A stretch of 42,019 bases of DNA from Craspedostauros australis (Eukaryota), in contig JALAGF010001259.1 in the NCBI GenBank assembly GCA_030167865.1, positions 1-42,019 on the forward strand, read 5' to 3'. Below the pieces are notes generated by a model. It searched no databases and was not told the origin of the DNA. It saw nothing but the letters and a program-made list of their open reading frames with translations. The stretch's first letter is position 1. Each line of letters opens with the position of its first letter. Below, in pieces: positions 12,082 to 22,050 of the stretch. Both the position numbers and the translations under genes were made by a program.

Positions 12082-12774
12082 CTAGGCAGTGATATCCGCC
12101 TTCTCGGTGCAGCTGAAGGAGTCGTGGGCGATGATGCACTTGTCGGCGGTGCGGTAGTACTCGTGCGGGCCGTTCTTCAGGGCGTCGCACCAGGCGGTCT
12201 CCCAGCGGTGGGCCTTGTGCTCGGTCAGCTTCGCCATGAGCTTGTCGTGGGCGACGTCGCCCTTGCCCTTCTTCACGCCGTGGACAAGCGACTTGAAGGC
12301 AGAGGTCACGCTGGCAGCGTAGAAGTCGTCATCGTCGTCGTCATCGAAGAAGCAGTAGGGGCAGAGGATGTCCGCCACGAAGCTGTAGTCGTACCAGATT
12401 GGCTGATGCGGCCAGGTGAGGCCGTTCATGCCGTCCTTGGCGGCGGTGATGGAGCCGGACGAAGAGGAGGATGGAGATCCGCGGAGGCCGGAGGCTTCGC
12501 CCTTGACCATGGATGCGACGAGGCGCTTCTCCTCGAAGACGTCCACGAGATCGACCTTATCGAAGGACAGATCAGGATGGACCGCGTGGAAGGTCTCCAT
12601 GAACATGCGGCGGGCGAAGTTCAGCTCCTCGATGGTTGGCTGGTGGGCGTGTTTGACCTCCTCGTCAATGCCGAAGTGGGCCTGGATGCCGCAGCTGTAG
12701 CCAGCCGCATCGGCGGATGTCGCGAGGGAGGATGTCATCAAGGAGATGGCGGCGGCGGTGGCGATGAGCTTCAT
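12082..12774 (-). CDS. Predicted secreted protein (230 aa) with CPYC + poly-Asp and a C-terminal Cys-containing segment
   Basis: ATG at 12774 begins a signal peptide (MKLIATAAAISLMTSSLATSADA). Third positions are strongly G/C from this ATG onward. Motifs GLRGS, LCPYCFFDDDDDDD, WETAWCDAL...KCII. Confidence 0.85.
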   Translation of the reverse strand: MKLIATAAAISLMTSSLATSADAAGYSCGIQAHFGIDEEVKHAHQPTIEELNFARRMFMETFHAVHPDLSFDKVDLVDVFEEKRLVASMVKGEASGLRGSPSSSSSGSITAAKDGMNGLTWPHQPIWYDYSFVADILCPYCFFDDDDDDDFYAASVTSAFKSLVHGVKKGKGDVAHDKLMAKLTEHKAHRWETAWCDALKNGPHEYYRTADKCIIAHDSFSCTEKADITA

Positions 12775-14007
12775 GGTGGGAGGTTGGTTGTTGGCTTGTG
12801 CGTTTGCGTGGTGGTTGCTTGCTGTTTCAGTTTGTGTCTGACTTGGTTTTATGAGAGGTATGGGAGAGCAGAGCTGCTGCACCAGTGTTTGCTCTTCGTT
12901 GCCTTGATGCAACGCGTCACAACATCGCAGAGTACCATGTTCATCGCTGTGCGCCTGTGCGTGCATACCTGCAAATGAATGCCCCAACTCGAACCAAAAG
13001 GTGGAAGCTATGCCATCTTGGTGCGCGTAGGCTTGGTACACATTCCACATCGGCTCCCGCAGATGGATGGATTTGGGAAAAGATCAGCACGGAGGGATGT
13101 TTCTGACATGGTAATCCTTGACACTCTTGACATCCTTGAAGCGGCTGACTCCATTTCATCGCAGTCATGCTCGTGCGAGCAAGGACAGCGTCGACATCTC
13201 GTGTTCTCCAACCAAGATTCGTGCCGTGCATCAGCATGCTTCGGACTCGCTTGTGCGTGGGAGTTCATCTGAAGCTGCTTTCCTCTTCAATTTTGTGTAC
13301 GTTGGGAAGTTGCTGTTGCTGGTGATGGCTGTGTGATGCGATCGCCGCCGAAGATCTTCGTCGCAATCCATGGATGAATGGCCAAGTCCATGGATGGTGC
13401 CGGCCCCAAGGACAAGAAGGAGAGAGGAGAGGAACGATCCAACTGATGGCCACGTGGACGAGTTGACGAGCAGGTTCTTCCACCTGTACTGATACTCGTA
13501 TGTGTGGCAGCGCAGGTGGGAGTCCGGAAGCATTCTTGTCAATTCTGATCGTGTGGACCGTTCATCTTGGCACCATCACAGCGGGATCATCATGCCATGT
13601 CCTCCTCCTGCCTGTCTCTTGTTGCCTTTGATCAATCCCATCGCCCTCCCACTCTCTCTTGGCGCGTCTCAACTTCCCGCGCCAAAAACAAGAAAGATAC
13701 CACTTGCAACATCTTGTGTTGGCTTTCCCACAGAAGAAGCTAACACTGTCCTCTTTGTTTGTTTGATTCACGAGTTTCAATCACGAGGAAGGAGAACAAG
13801 AACATTCCGCGAAAGTGTCTTCGACGAACGAAACAGCAAACAACAGCCACGCAAAGCACATGATCCCACAGCCACAGCAACGGTGACCACCATGGTGATG
13901 ATGAGACGGCGCCATTTCGTGTATCCAACACTCGTCGCTCGTCGAGTCTGCGGACACAGCAGCGTGGAAACGCGTTGACGTAGGGATGCTGGGACTCCGG
14001 CGAAGGG

Positions 14008-16182
14008 ATGACAATGGCAAAGATCCCCAGAGGCAGAGGGATCAGAGCGTCATTGAAACCGATTGCCACGATTGGCTGCGTGATCAGTCTTTGCTTCTTC
14101 AGCGTTTGGAGGTCGAGGGATGTGACGAGGCTGGCGGTTCTTGAAGGCTTCGATGCGCCTCAGCTGTGGGGAGCTGATCACGCAGAGGTGGCAGGAGTGC
14201 TGGCGAGGGAGCGGATGCATCAGCCAGCAGATGAAGTCACGAACCGCGTGAGCGTGGATGAACGTGGTGATGGCAACGCGCGAGACCGCACCAGTCGAGC
14301 AGTCCTTCCAGCCATCATCAAGGCCACCACTCCGGCAGAAGCAAAGTGCTCCAATGTCACCGTTACCGTCATCCTCGACTCCATCTCCCCGAAGGCCAAA
14401 TCCTACGCCTTCTCCTTCATTACTGGCAGGACCTTGCAGCGATACGGCGTGTGCGCAAAGCAAATCAAACGCTTGGAGAACGATGGGCACAATCAGCTTG
14501 GCTTGCAGCAAGATCATGCCGCGGCTGTGGAGAGGAGCGATCAGATCGAGAGTCATGGCGCAGCTTCAGCTCCAGCTTCATCCAACGGCTGCCAATACAT
14601 CATCCACAAGATCAGGCTGCGCCAACGGAACATTGGACAGAAGCTGCGCGAAGTATTGGGTCGCGACAGTGAGCTGCCATCGCCGAAGGCTCATGACGTG
14701 GGCAATGCGCCGAAGTCGCCTGGTGACCACACCATTCTCTCCCCCGCCGAAAGCAGGGAAAGATTATCCCGCGCCACAACATGCCCTTGCGTGCTGGTGG
14801 GCGCGGATGCTCAGCGCATGGTCCGTCTGAACCGGAATCAACAGCTGTATTGCCGCATCATTGTGACGGGTGATGAAAGGTGTGAGATCGAAGATATCCA
14901 TTCTCAAAGCGGCGGCGTTGCAAGTAGCGCAGCGGCAACAGAGCGTATCGCTCGCCAATACTTCAGTTCTCACCTGTTCCCATGCACAGACAGCAACATC
15001 AGCGACGATAGTGACGGTAGTTGCGTTCATGGCACCACAAGCGACGTCCATGGAAGCACAGGCGCAAAGGATGGTATCCTCGCAAAGTCACAGATCTACG
15101 TCCCGCTGGGTCCGAGGTTCGACTTTTGGAGATCACTTCAACAAGTACTACGCGACGAGGAACGACAGCAACAAATTAGAGTGGAACTTAGCCCGAGAAC
15201 TCCTCGAGGCATCACGCGCAACACTGCTCTGGCATCGCAACGGCCACTCCTCTTCAACGCCGTGTTCTCAAAGTCGACATCGCCAAGCCGTATCGAATTG
15301 GAGCGGGTGCTGCAGCAACATTTCATCCTGCAGCAAGAAATGGACACCGCTGCAGGTCTCAACCCCTCTGCCTTGACCGCGAATCCAAAGAACCCAAGCT
15401 CGGAACCTCAAACACTCCAAATCTCCTCCGAACATGACTTCAAGTATCACATCCAGATTGCGGACCAATGGACTGCGCAGCTATCAACGCATGAGCACAA
15501 CCACATGCAGTCCATCAGCTATGCCAACGTCGTGCTGAGGTCCAGATTCACCGTCTGTCCCCTCGGTCACCATCCGGAAACTTTCCGCCTCTACGAGGCA
15601 ATGGAAGCTGGTTCCATCCCCATCATGGTTTTTAATACCACCGAGTATCAGGAGCATGAATGCAGCAATGCACTGGCCCCGATCCTCAAGAGCCTGCGCC
15701 GGTACACGGGCGACGCCGACGTTCATGCCGACATTCATGCTGACTTTCATGCTGATGCTGATGTTTCCAGTGCGCATGAGACCGGCGCCATTCCCAGCAG
15801 CACTGGAAAGTTGCGAACAGAGCATGATGTGGACACGCCGCGGTCCCCAACGAGGAACCGCAACCATAACCACGACATCAGCCCTCATCAAAAGATCGAC
15901 AGCAAACACGACTCCGACGGATGCAAGGACTTGTACTCCTACTATCTGTTTGATCCTGCCCAAGCCGCAAAGTCCAGAAGACTTATCGTCACCGCGACAA
16001 ACAAGATTGTCCTTGTGCTGCTTTCGAACTGGGACGATTTGCCTGGCTTCTTGCGACACGTTCAGGACGCTATGAATCCACGCACTTTGGATACCATCCA
16101 GCTCAACATGCGAACATGGTACGAATGCTTCATGACCAGACATTTCACAAAACTGGAAGACCACATCATGGCAGGGTCATGA
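14008..16182 (+). CDS. Type II membrane glycosyltransferase, exostosin/GT47-like (RXYLT1/TMEM5-like C-terminal domain)
   Basis: 724-aa ORF with an N-terminal membrane anchor (IATIGCVISLCFFSVW). Motifs GDERC, YVPLGPR, RPLLFNAVFS and YANVVLRSRFTVCPLGHHPETFRLYEAMEAGSIPI match the exostosin-like signature. Confidence 0.8.
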   Translation: MTMAKIPRGRGIRASLKPIATIGCVISLCFFSVWRSRDVTRLAVLEGFDAPQLWGADHAEVAGVLARERMHQPADEVTNRVSVDERGDGNARDRTSRAVLPAIIKATTPAEAKCSNVTVTVILDSISPKAKSYAFSFITGRTLQRYGVCAKQIKRLENDGHNQLGLQQDHAAAVERSDQIESHGAASAPASSNGCQYIIHKIRLRQRNIGQKLREVLGRDSELPSPKAHDVGNAPKSPGDHTILSPAESRERLSRATTCPCVLVGADAQRMVRLNRNQQLYCRIIVTGDERCEIEDIHSQSGGVASSAAATERIARQYFSSHLFPCTDSNISDDSDGSCVHGTTSDVHGSTGAKDGILAKSQIYVPLGPRFDFWRSLQQVLRDEERQQQIRVELSPRTPRGITRNTALASQRPLLFNAVFSKSTSPSRIELERVLQQHFILQQEMDTAAGLNPSALTANPKNPSSEPQTLQISSEHDFKYHIQIADQWTAQLSTHEHNHMQSISYANVVLRSRFTVCPLGHHPETFRLYEAMEAGSIPIMVFNTTEYQEHECSNALAPILKSLRRYTGDADVHADIHADFHADADVSSAHETGAIPSSTGKLRTEHDVDTPRSPTRNRNHNHDISPHQKIDSKHDSDGCKDLYSYYLFDPAQAAKSRRLIVTATNKIVLVLLSNWDDLPGFLRHVQDAMNPRTLDTIQLNMRTWYECFMTRHFTKLEDHIMAGS

Positions 16183-16987
16183 CGAGCCGAAGGGTGAACA
16201 GTGACCGCCACAAGATTGCTGCCGGTTTCTGCATGGAGCGTTTCTGGTCATCCTGGAGAGCGTGAAGTGCCACCAATGTGCACGCACGCCACGACATCCC
16301 GCCACCGCATGAATGTTGGTGTTGCCAATGACGAAAGTCTGGAAGATTGCAACACGACGTACCATCAAACCTCTGCTCTGAGTACCATGCCAGTACTATG
16401 CTCCTCTATTAGCTCGTCTAGTATTCGTGTTCAGAAACTATCATCAGTAAAACGACCAGCATCTTGCATGCGCAACTCGGTAGAGGTGCAAACGTCGAGT
16501 ATGAGTACTCCGGCAGGACACACACGCGCACATGTATGTTGCTTCCACAACACAGCACACTGCTCATACGCCTGCTACGGAGAGAGCACGGTGCTCTCCC
16601 CCTCTCTAGCAAGTGTAACTGTACAAAACTTGTTATGTTGGTTAATTTGAAGAGTGCTCCTGCCGTTTGTGCTGGCCTCTTGTTTCTAAAAATGCGATGC
16701 TGAAAAATACGCAGTCTTGTTGGATGGGCTCTGTGTGGAGAACACGCTGTACAAATTGTACAGTAGAGCTCGGACATTCTTCGACTTGGATGTGTAGAGG
16801 TACATAGAATACTCGTATCGTATAATACTTATGATGTGCACCATGTCTGCCATTCGAGCTGCCCATCACTTCGATGACACTTTCGGTGAGGTCGAACTGC
16901 TGCCCTTTCCCCATTCCACCACCAATCAATGAATTGACGAGTGGCGTCATCGATGCATTGGTTGTTTGGTGATGTTGCCTACTCCTT

Positions 16988-18322
16988 CTACTTGTTGTCG
17001 GTGAACCGGAATGGACTGAGCAGGCCAAGCTCCAGGTGCTGATTTGGCAACTGCGTGGGAAGAGTGGAGATCATTGTTGCGTTGCTTGCGCTTGAGCTTG
17101 TCTGTGATGCCGTTACGGTTGTCGTTTGAGACTTGAGATCTGTCTGCTGCGTGGGCGGCAACAGAAACTGCAGCATCTGCAACAACTGGGCCGTCCGCGC
17201 AGTTTGGGATGCCTTCTGCCGCTCTTCCCTCTGTCTTTCGAGGAGCAAGTACATGAGCGCGGATGGCTGTGCCACGGAGGGCGGAAGGATGAGGCCTGGA
17301 GCTGAAGTTGTAGTTGCCGCTGACGGCTTTGTCAGGGACGGATTCGGCGGCGTGTTGCGCAATGATGGGATGGTCGGAGGTACCGGGGCGCGTCGTTGGA
17401 GACTGTCGCAGAGCAAGGCAGATGACAGGGAGTTCGCCGGTCGAAGAATGGAAAGTAAAATGTCGGATACTGATCGGCTTGAGCAAGTGTTGTTGTTGTT
17501 GTTGTTGTTGTTGGTGGTGGTGTTCATGCTGCTGTTGCTGTTGGTGGCACAGGCGATGATGTTTCGGCCAACGATGCCCACGGACGATGGAAGAGACGCG
17601 ATTGGCAGGCCCGTGACGTTTGCAGAAGGCATGAGCTTCTTGCTCGTGCTGGTTAACTTGCTTTGCCTCCGGATCAAATGACGGAAGGTCTGCTTCGTCT
17701 TCTGGATGAGGACGTCGATGTCCTTGATGACAGCGAACTTGTACTTCCCATCCTTGCTCGAGATGATGTCGGCATCATCGTCAACTTCCTCAGGATAGAG
17801 GGATCCGCGGTGATGTGCTGACCCCTTCTTCGATGATGCCCTTGATGCTCTTGATGGCGATGTTGATGTCGTTAATGTCGACATTGCTTGGGAAGTATCA
17901 TCATTGCCTTCACTTGATTGGGTGAATGGCGAAGATTCGATTTCGCTCGTACGGGGATTGGAAGCGGAGGAATGGTGCTCCCAGCTTCTATTTTCCAATG
18001 AACTTCCTTCGCTGGCGGCTTGGTTGTGTTGGTTCTCCAGCAGGCCCGCGGCAGTGGCAGTGGCTGTGGCCGCTGGCGATGTCGATGATGTTGATGCCGG
18101 TTGCTCGATCTTGCGCAGGAAGCGGCCGTTGCGGGCATGGACTTGCTCGACGATCTTGCGTGCGATCATGGCTTTCTGGCCACGCTCGTGAGCAGCAACG
18201 TACTCGGTTTGGAAGGTCTCCGCCAAGGCTCGGAAGGCGATGTTGCCAGGGAAGTCGTTGGGACCGGTGCCGCGCCCGAAGAGGACGTCGGTCTTGCGAA
18301 GGCCGTAGGTGGTGGTTGCCAT
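16988..18322 (-). CDS. DUF6824-type domain protein, paralogue C
   Basis: Likely ATG at 18322 (MATTTYGLRKTDVLFGRGTGPNDFPGNIAFR), then RGQKAMIARKIV, NGRFL, QKTKQTFRHLIR and a poly-N tract. The frame stays open to 18871, but that part looks like UTR. Confidence 0.85.
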   Translation of the reverse strand: MATTTYGLRKTDVLFGRGTGPNDFPGNIAFRALAETFQTEYVAAHERGQKAMIARKIVEQVHARNGRFLRKIEQPASTSSTSPAATATATAAGLLENQHNQAASEGSSLENRSWEHHSSASNPRTSEIESSPFTQSSEGNDDTSQAMSTLTTSTSPSRASRASSKKGSAHHRGSLYPEEVDDDADIISSKDGKYKFAVIKDIDVLIQKTKQTFRHLIRRQSKLTSTSKKLMPSANVTGLPIASLPSSVGIVGRNIIACATNSNSSMNTTTNNNNNNNNTCSSRSVSDILLSILRPANSLSSALLCDSLQRRAPVPPTIPSLRNTPPNPSLTKPSAATTTSAPGLILPPSVAQPSALMYLLLERQREERQKASQTARTAQLLQMLQFLLPPTQQTDLKSQTTTVTASQTSSSASNATMISTLPTQLPNQHLELGLLSPFRFTDNK

Positions 18323-18432
18323 GGTTGACGTGCTGCGATGTGTTGGACTGTGTTGGACTGTGCTGGAATGAGTGGAGTTGTTTGCCGTCGCTCTGATGAG
18401 ATGGCGAGTGATGGATCGATGGCTTGATAGGC

Positions 18433-18470
18433 TGATGGGTTGATCAAGTGATGGGTTGATCAAGTGATGG
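18433..18470. repeat. 16-bp tandem repeat upstream of paralogue C
   Basis: TGATGGGTTGATCAAG x2 plus TGATGG; each unit contains the palindrome TTGATCAA. Confidence 0.9.
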
Positions 18471-19423
18471 ATTGGTGAGCGCGAAGTCGTTCCTTGGTGA
18501 TTGTTCGTCGATTTTATGCGGTCTTGATGCGATGTCTGATTTCTGGAGGTGAATGGCAACTGTCCCCTACAGTCTCGTGTTGGCTTGGCTTGGCTTGGCT
18601 CGAATTGGCTCGAGTTGAATTGAATTGGCGGTCGATGGTTGATGGCTTTTCTGATCTTGAGTTGTGAATGTTCCGGGCGTTCTGGGTGTTGCTTGTGCGG
18701 GAGTGCTTGGCTTCTACCTTTCTCTGCGAGGCATGGAAGCATGCGCGCGGCTCTTGTGTCATGGTTCCATTCATCCCGGAGTACTCCGCAGTACCCTGCC
18801 TTGACCCCACTGCCCCTTCTTCGCGCCACCTGTGATCTCATGGTGGTGCGCAAGGCTCGCTCATCCACCATACCCAGTACACTCTCTACAAGTGCACGCT
18901 TCAGGCACGCGGAGAAGAACAGTCGCGTCGCTGGTATTGGCTCGAAACGAGGACGAAAGGAATAACTTATCTACGAATGTCGCGGCAGTCCGCCTACTAA
19001 GTCGAAGAGTATGCAGCGTTAAATCAAACAGCTACGTCATCGTGGCTTCCATCTCGTCACCTCAAAGCAAAGTCAGGAAAGCTCCCACAAAACCAGAACC
19101 ACGATCAATCAATGCGATCATTCCGAAATGCAGAGGAGCAGTTCCACAAACTCGACAAGTACCTGTAAGCTTCACAGGCTTAAATAATGAGTATTACAGG
19201 TCGGTATGCGCATGGTAGTTCGAAGAGTAGCGCTGTGCTGTGCATGCGCTGCGATTAGTACTTGATACACGCAAAAGCTCGTACCTGGAGAGAGAGTTCG
19301 AACTTGAGGTACTACCTTACCCAATGTCAGCGTCGCATGGTTCGGGTTATGGTGTCTTTGCGCCAACACCAAATCCCACCAACGCCACCAAGGTAAGAAG
19401 GCGAAGTGCCTCCAAACACAGCC

Positions 19424-21004
19424 CTACCGCAACTCGACACCAAGTTTGCCCACAGAGGCTTCTCTCACCTTCTCCTGGAGTCCGTCGATCTCTTCGTTCG
19501 TCAGTGAGCGTTCCATACTCCTGTACATGATGCGATAGCAATGAGATTCACGACCATTCTTGGGGTGCACAAATTGGTCGATGAGTTCCACGGACTCCAC
19601 CAAATCTCCTGCCACGCCTCGCACGAGTTCGAACAGATCGTTCTGATGGAAACTATTGCTGCGAGCGTCATTCTGATCGTCGTCTGTGTTTCCAGTCGCA
19701 CCAACGTCACTGGCTTCGTTCGTCGTCATTTGTTCCACATCGCCGTTCGGTCCATCCGCATCCGCGCGAACTTGTGGTTCAGCGTCGCCACTTCCATGCG
19801 AATTCAACCAGAAGGATATATCCTTGAAGCATGGTGGGTACTTGGAGTACACCTGGAACTTGGGCCATACGTCGATGGGCTGATCCGGTCTGACATTCTT
19901 GAACTGGTTCCAGAATCTCTCATCCGTGGACCAGAAGTACCGAATGTCTGGGATTTGGAAGAGCACCATGGCCAGCCGTTCCAAGCCGAAGCCGAAGGCC
20001 CAGGCCTTGTACTTCGTGCTGTCAAAGCCGCCAGCTTCGAGGACCTTTGGCTCCATGACGCCACATCCCAGAACTTCCATCCACTCACCCTCGAACATCA
20101 CCTCGAGCTCAAGCGATGGGTCCGTGAATGGGAAGAAGTCGTCGTTCCATCGCATGGGAACATCATTCCCGAACAGGACCCTCGCCACACCCTCGAGCGT
20201 GGTCTTGAGGTCCTGCAGCACTTCCTGTTCTGACTCTCCGTCGCCGAAGACTTTGACGCCCTCCATCTGATGGAAGACAGGATAATGTGAAGCGTCGATT
20301 TCATCCCGGCGGTAGACATCCCCGGCGACGAGGAACCGCAGTTTGGCATTCGTGTCGATAGTGCCGTCTGCGGCCATTGCCTCCTCACGGATCTGGTTCA
20401 TAATCTGCACCTGATGCGCGCTGGTGTGGCAGCGCAGGCAGTAGTCAGGGTGCTGGAGGTAGTAGGTGTCGGACATGCTGCGGCTGACGTGATCGGAGGG
20501 GATGAGGAGCGAATCGAAGTTCTGGTACGCCGTGACGACGGTGTTCATCTGGTCGAATTGGCGGTACTCCTCCTTGCCCAGGTGCTGGCGGATCTTCTCC
20601 TTGATGAGATAGAGGGGGTGGGGTATGGGATCCGAATGCAGATGAAGATTCGTGCCGACCTTGGCGGCGATGTGCGGCGGGACGTTGCACACGTGCTTGG
20701 GCACATTGCCCAGGTCGAAGTCAGCGAGTGTCTTCTCACAGGCTCGCATGTCTGGCAATGTCGATTCGGCAGTTGCTGCTGCCATTATTGTTCTCGTTGA
20801 TGATAGCGCTGACAGCGCTTTGGTCGGGGCATGGTACTTGCGGTGCTGCATGGACTGCGGCGCAAATGGCGCAACTGCACACAAAGGCAGCGAGTTCATC
20901 TGTGGCGCTGTGCTCTTCAACGAAGAGGCGCCTGGTCTAAGGGCATTGGCACGAAAGCCCATGCTGCGTGCCGCCCGTGCCAACTGCCGATGCCAATTCA
21001 GCAT
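19424..21004 (-). CDS. FARS2: Phenylalanyl-tRNA synthetase, monomeric organellar (mitochondrial) type
   Basis: Motifs NFDSLLIPSDHVSRSMSDTYY, LRCHTSAHQ, GDVYRRDEIDASHYPVFHQMEG, FFPFTDPSLELEV, WAFGFGLERLAM. C-terminal FDX-ACB domain (DISFW...SHCYRIMYRSMERSLTNEEI). Arg-rich presequence. Confidence 0.95.
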   Translation of the reverse strand: MLNWHRQLARAARSMGFRANALRPGASSLKSTAPQMNSLPLCAVAPFAPQSMQHRKYHAPTKALSALSSTRTIMAAATAESTLPDMRACEKTLADFDLGNVPKHVCNVPPHIAAKVGTNLHLHSDPIPHPLYLIKEKIRQHLGKEEYRQFDQMNTVVTAYQNFDSLLIPSDHVSRSMSDTYYLQHPDYCLRCHTSAHQVQIMNQIREEAMAADGTIDTNAKLRFLVAGDVYRRDEIDASHYPVFHQMEGVKVFGDGESEQEVLQDLKTTLEGVARVLFGNDVPMRWNDDFFPFTDPSLELEVMFEGEWMEVLGCGVMEPKVLEAGGFDSTKYKAWAFGFGLERLAMVLFQIPDIRYFWSTDERFWNQFKNVRPDQPIDVWPKFQVYSKYPPCFKDISFWLNSHGSGDAEPQVRADADGPNGDVEQMTTNEASDVGATGNTDDDQNDARSNSFHQNDLFELVRGVAGDLVESVELIDQFVHPKNGRESHCYRIMYRSMERSLTNEEIDGLQEKVREASVGKLGVELR

Positions 21005-22050
21005 TGTTGCTTGTGGCTGTTGCTCTTAACCAGATTCCGCAGCGTATCTTTGTCTGCTTGCAAAGACGCCGACTTCACTCTGCTCGAATAACAATGACAG
21101 CGACAGGTCCGATTTCTCGACTGTGATGGGTCGCCAGTGTGATCGTATGGTACGATGTAATGTGCGCGAGTCAATGGACGTCTCGGACGTCTTCCTTGTA
21201 CCATGCATTTAGCAGCAGTACAAGCGGTGTTTGGGTTGGTCTTGCGGTCACGGTCTCCATCTCTGTCGCCATGGTCAACATCATCGCGCATACGATTGTG
21301 GTCGTTCGTGTTGCGTCAACCCAAATCCATCACGCCAATCTTTCTCTCCTTCTGCTTTGGCGGGAAACGATTCCGTGTTTCGACAAAGATCATGAAGCAC
21401 AACCGCCTAATACCGTCATTTGACTCAGAGGAATAGACTGGATCTAAAGAAAGTACTTACATAAATTCTTGTCCCTCCATCAGTTCCACGTGAAGCTGAA
21501 GCTGAAGCCAAAGAACAGAGAGAACACATGGCCATCAGGCCGTGTTCGCACGTCTGTTGTGGCTCCCGCAGCTTCGCGATCACGTCAAGATCATCATCCA
21601 CTTCAACTTGGGAACGACACCACACAACTCTGCGCAATGTAACAGGACACAACACACCTACAAACAAGGGGGAAAGGAAGAGGCAACAGCCAACCACAAA
21701 CAGCACAAGCGTGAGCGTTGGATACTGTGACGGTTCATCATCGGAAGAAGCCATCGGCACCGATCCGGCAATCACAACAAAACCAAGAGGAGCAAAAGGA
21801 ACGAAGCGGAAAGCAACGTCGATCTCACTTTGCACAGTGTAACTGCTCCACTCTGTTGCATCCAAAGTATTGCATCCGAAGCAGTGATAGATACTCGCGG
21901 AGACCCCAAGATCCTTGCATCCGACGGAAGAAGCAGGCAACAGAAGAACAGAATTGTAAACAATCGGAACAGAACAGATCATTTCCCGGACCAGAGTGCA
22001 CATCGACTCCTCACGCTGAAGAATCGAAGGACGCAGTCTCCAATATCACG

